Shown: positions 60,201 to 64,000 of the stretch, piece by piece | How the letters are laid out: each line of letters begins with the position of its first letter | Position numbering within the stretch: position 1 is the stretch's first letter | From: Tubulanus polymorphus | Taxonomy: Eukaryota > Animalia > Nemertea | DNA: 64,000 nucleotides | NCBI RefSeq assembly: GCF_964204645.1 | Contig: NC_134031.1 | Coordinates: forward strand, 18,607,910-18,671,909 | Direction: 5' to 3' | Made by a program: the position numbers and the translations under genes | The notes under the pieces: model-generated | Databases searched by the model: none | Told to the model about the DNA's origin: nothing | The model's input: only the letters and a program-made list of their open reading frames with translations

Positions 60201-62007
60201 AACCAAACTTAAGTCATTTTTGGATAAGTTTCTAATGATTTCGAAAATACCATAGCCTACAATTAATTTGGTAAAAATTCTGTCATCCCGAATTCTGTGA
60301 AGTAAAGAAAGTATTAGACATTTTTCAAATAAAATACTTTTAGAATTAATGAACGGTAAAACTGCTGCTGATGAAGCCAAGAAACGACTCGAAACGGATT
60401 ACGAAAGTCTAAATCAGCAATTTAAATCGTTAAAGGTAAGTTTAGATGATGGTAATGATAGGAAGGTGTGAAAGCTGACATCACCATCTTCGAATGGGCA
60501 CTTAACTTGAATAGGGCTGATTTGGGTTCTGGTGGACCTCCCACAGAAAATTTTGGACAAAAGGGGCTTTTCTGTCCTTATCAGGGCCCATTTAGGTTTG
60601 TTTTTCATCTTGCAAAAATTGTCTTTGCAAAAAGAAATTTCCAGACTATTTTGGAGACCAATTCGAATTTTGAAGGAGTGGAGCTGTCCACCCTTCCCCC
60701 TAAATCCACCCTTGAAGAACTCGAGGAAGCATTGTGGTGGACTTGAATGGTATGAGATTCTTTATTTGCCTATGCATTTAAGAAAAAGAGAATTTGAAGT
60801 GCAGGATGAATAAAAAGCCAAAATAGAATTTCTATGGTTGCACAATGTTCTGGGAAGAATATCTTCATGAAATTTGCATTCTTAAATATCATATTTTTTT
60901 GCTGGATTTGTTCAGACTCAGCACGACGGCAGTTTAGACGAATTGAATCGTTTGAAAGAGGACACGAAAAAACAAAAAGAAGAACACGATAAAATATTGG
61001 AACAACACAGATCAGAATTCTTACAGTTCCAACAAGAACAGAAAAATGAGTTGTCTCAGTGTAAAGGTATGTTCAGTCAGCGATAGGGGGCTGGGTCAGT
61101 CAGTAGCTCTCAATGGTGGTATTTGATACGCTGTCAATGCAAAAGTATGGATTGTTTTATTTTTTCACCCACAGATAAAATTGCTAATTTAGAGCGCCAA
61201 AAGGTCGCTGTACAAGAAAATCTTCAGAAACTCGCTGAGACGAACCAGGAGGCACAGGTGAGCGATGAAATATTCATCATTTAAAATATCAAATTCCCCC
61301 TTTCAATTTTGTATTAAGTTAGTATCTTACCCTTCAAAGTTCTCTTTAACTATGTGGTATTCCGACCCCATTCATTTTTGATGTCTTTATGTTTATAAGT
61401 TCATTCTGTAAACTATTTCTTAATTTCGCTAATACAAAAAAGCACGATTACTTGACCCCAGAAAAACCATGCGATGCCATCAGGTTCAAATGCAGCTCCA
61501 GTTAGAATTTCAATACCATATTATCGTAGATATCCTCATTAACAATGAATTTGCAACTGAATCAGATCAAAATAAGAGAATATAAGAAGTCATGATATGA
61601 ATTGATGGTGCCCCAATGAAGCGAGGTTACATTAAGCCATAAACCAACCACTTATCATACACATAAAGGAATTTTTCAGTTAAATTGACTTAATGTATTT
61701 TTTGCAGGCAGCTCTTTCGCCAAAGAGCACACCAATAGAACTAACGCCGAATTATAGCCAGGTTTTGTTTTTTTTTTAATACGCTCAGTAGTCTACCTAT
61801 AAATCAAAAGTTTCCTGGAGCTTTTTCGAATAATTCCCTCCTGAAAAATTATCTCATTTGTTTTGATAGCTGAATAGAACAACCGTCACAACTACGACTC
61901 TAAAAGTAGATGACTCTAATGTAGTCGTTCTAAATTCGTCATCTGTGTCATCATCCAATGGGACTGCCACAGATGATTACCTGAATTCTACGTCTTATAC
62001 TTCCGCG
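57281..62007 (+). CDS. GOLIM4: Golgi integral membrane protein 4 (GPP130), 5' part; continues beyond the window
   Basis: Exons 57281-57458, 60033-60107, 60344-60435, 60916-61066, 61175-61257, 61708-61761 and 61870-62007. A type II signal anchor precedes QQQDSIAAQLQVVYEHKARLEKTLQK and a coiled coil. Confidence 0.9.
58790..59075 (-). mobile_element. CR1/L2-clade LINE 3' fragment
   Basis: The translation SSVISAPALNSFNSRLEKHW matches the C-terminal motif of CR1-type ORF2 (V..APSLNSFK.RLD.HW). It is degenerate upstream. Confidence 0.65.
59610..59879. repeat. Perfect 133-bp tandem duplication
   Basis: Copies start at 59610 and 59743, with CATT microhomology at the junctions. Confidence 0.95.
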
Positions 62008-64000
62008 GTTTGTACTAGAAAATATTATTCTCGCAAGAAAAAAGATTTTTTCGCCAATTTGAAATCAGGGAATTCTCTTAAGACCAGCTATCTGCACTGT
62101 TACAATACACACAAGTCGTATCTTTCTTACATACAAGTTCTGAATCCAGTTCCACAATTCCCTTGGTTGAAAATATGAGTTAAAACTGACTCGAAATGGT
62201 CAAATTTAACTGGGTCCTTGTTCCACAGTGGGACAATCAAAACTATGGAACTAAGTCTTCAGTTACTGAGACCACACTTCCCACAGCTGGTGGTACATGT
62301 ACTTGGTGATTTGATCCTTAAATCTATAGATCTGAAGTTCTTCGTGTTACCAGAAATCCGACTAATGTGACGTGTAACAACTCTCTTCAAATGCACATTT
62401 CTAGAATTAACTCAATTCCCGATTAATTGAAACTGCTGATACCTCGATTACTGTAGATCTCAATTCCGTTGATTGTTCAATTGGTTTTAGGTTGATTTTC
62501 TTCTGATTTTTCCTTCCTTTTCGCAATGATTTTCTTTGAAAGGATGATTTTTTTGGCTGAATTTTTCTTCCTGTTCTTTAGTTTACTTAAAGGTGGATTT
62601 AAATCGTTTTTTTTAAATCTCTCTTCTTCATTTGAAAGTCAAACTCTGCTGTGACGTGTGAGAGGGAAGTTTTTCATTCTTCAAGTTTCAAAAGAAAGTC
62701 TTCAGGCGTATGTTGTGTTCTAGAATGAAGCACGTATATCAGCTTTTTTTAAACATGAAGTGCCGGGTAGAAAAAACTAGCTTGTTATAGATTTAGTGAA
62801 TCCATTCAAATCAAACAGGCCTGTGCTGAGCTTTTTGAGGGGCAGTTCAAGAGAAAGGGCACCTCTACCATGAAGTGGGGCACTTTTCTATTGAAAAAGG
62901 ACACATCTCAAATTTGATCATCTTACATCTGATTTTTTCGACAACCTAAACATAAAAAAGGTCTCATTAACTTGTCACGTCAATAATGGCCTATTGCTGA
63001 TTGATCGTCAGATTATTATCTCAACTGAATTGCATGAAAATTGTATCCAAATTTCGAAAAATATTTGCCTGAATTTTTTTGCTCTATGAATTTTTTCACT
63101 TTATGGAGGGCACTTGAAAATTGTAGGGGGTTCATTTGCTACCCCTGTATTCCCCCTTGGCACGGGCTTGTCAAATAATAAGTATTAAGTACCTAGTCAC
63201 ACAGTTATAAGTTAAGATTTGGGTTTAGTTATATAGAAAATGAAATGGTTCAACTGTCGATCGAGTTTAAGTTCTACAATTTTTTGAATTCAAATTTGAC
63301 TGGAAAGTTACGACTAATTTATCAGTGAGAGTCAGATTCGTGCAAGGAACTGTGTGTAACTGGGTGTTTTATCATTTCAACGATTTCACTTAAAGATGAA
63401 CAAATCACAAATTTCTTCACGAGATATAAGATATAGATCCAATAAATTGATATCTGCCAAGAAAATATAACTACCGGTACTATACGTTTCTAGTGTATGG
63501 TATAGCAGACGGTGCAGTATTGATTTCTACTGGCAACAGGTGTCTCTGCTATAGTTCATCCGGCTGACAGGCCTGACACTGATGTGAACGGTCCTGATCG
63601 GTGATTCATCTCCATCCGTCGCCAATCTGTTCAGTTTTATGCGTGATTTAAAAATCGGGCGTCGTGACAAGCGTAATGACACGTCAACACTGCTAGCCTG
63701 TGTACATCGAGGCGGTCATGTGTGAATTTCGAAAGATCCTACAAAATGCGAAGATAGCTACCTCCTTAAATCTCCCATCAGATACTGTACATGTACAGTC
63801 CAACTTGCTTAAGTTGTCATAGTTGGGATGATTATTTTGATGATGAATAATTATCCAAATGATGACTTATACTTTGTACATCGAATTCGAAATACAAATT
63901 AAGACAAAGAAATAAAGATAACTTAAGTGATGCAATGACTTATTCAATGACAACTTAATCAAGTTTGTCCGTCTGTATAAGTCAACAACTTTAGTCCATT

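Noticed and set aside
60368-60395. CTGATGA...GAAAC hammerhead-like string
   Set aside because: Lies in a GOLIM4 coding exon (ADEAKKR) and stem II does not pair.

Overview
Gene-dense, AT-rich, intron-containing animal DNA, probably from a spiralian invertebrate (inferred from gene content and transposon landscape). Spliced genes were reconstructed by hand from GT-AG junctions with consistent phase. They are: a WW-domain protein (-, runs off the left edge); a multi-exon transcript carrying only short ORFs (-), divergent from uridine-cytidine kinase UCK (+); an intronless rhodopsin-class orphan GPCR (+); a TTF1/DMTF1-like protein truncated before the Myb repeats (-), head-to-head with ODF2/cenexin (+); and RPL31 (-), head-to-head with GOLIM4 (+, runs off the right edge). 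Introns and spacers hold MITEs (PIF/Harbinger-, pogo-, piggyBac- and MULE-like), MITE-derived minisatellites, a CR1-like LINE tail and Penelope-type minimal hammerhead ribozymes. The most notable observations are: (1) five duplicated phase-0 coiled-coil cassette exons in ODF2, four or five with AAG acceptors; (2) a uORF-laden, possibly bicistronic microprotein transcript with a TGATG stop-start junction; (3) an inverted twin-hammerhead retro-insertion with a 15-bp TSD; (4) a MULE-like element with Pol III B-boxes in its TIRs, plus orphan B-boxes at Pol II promoters. All models are manual and have no expression data behind them.
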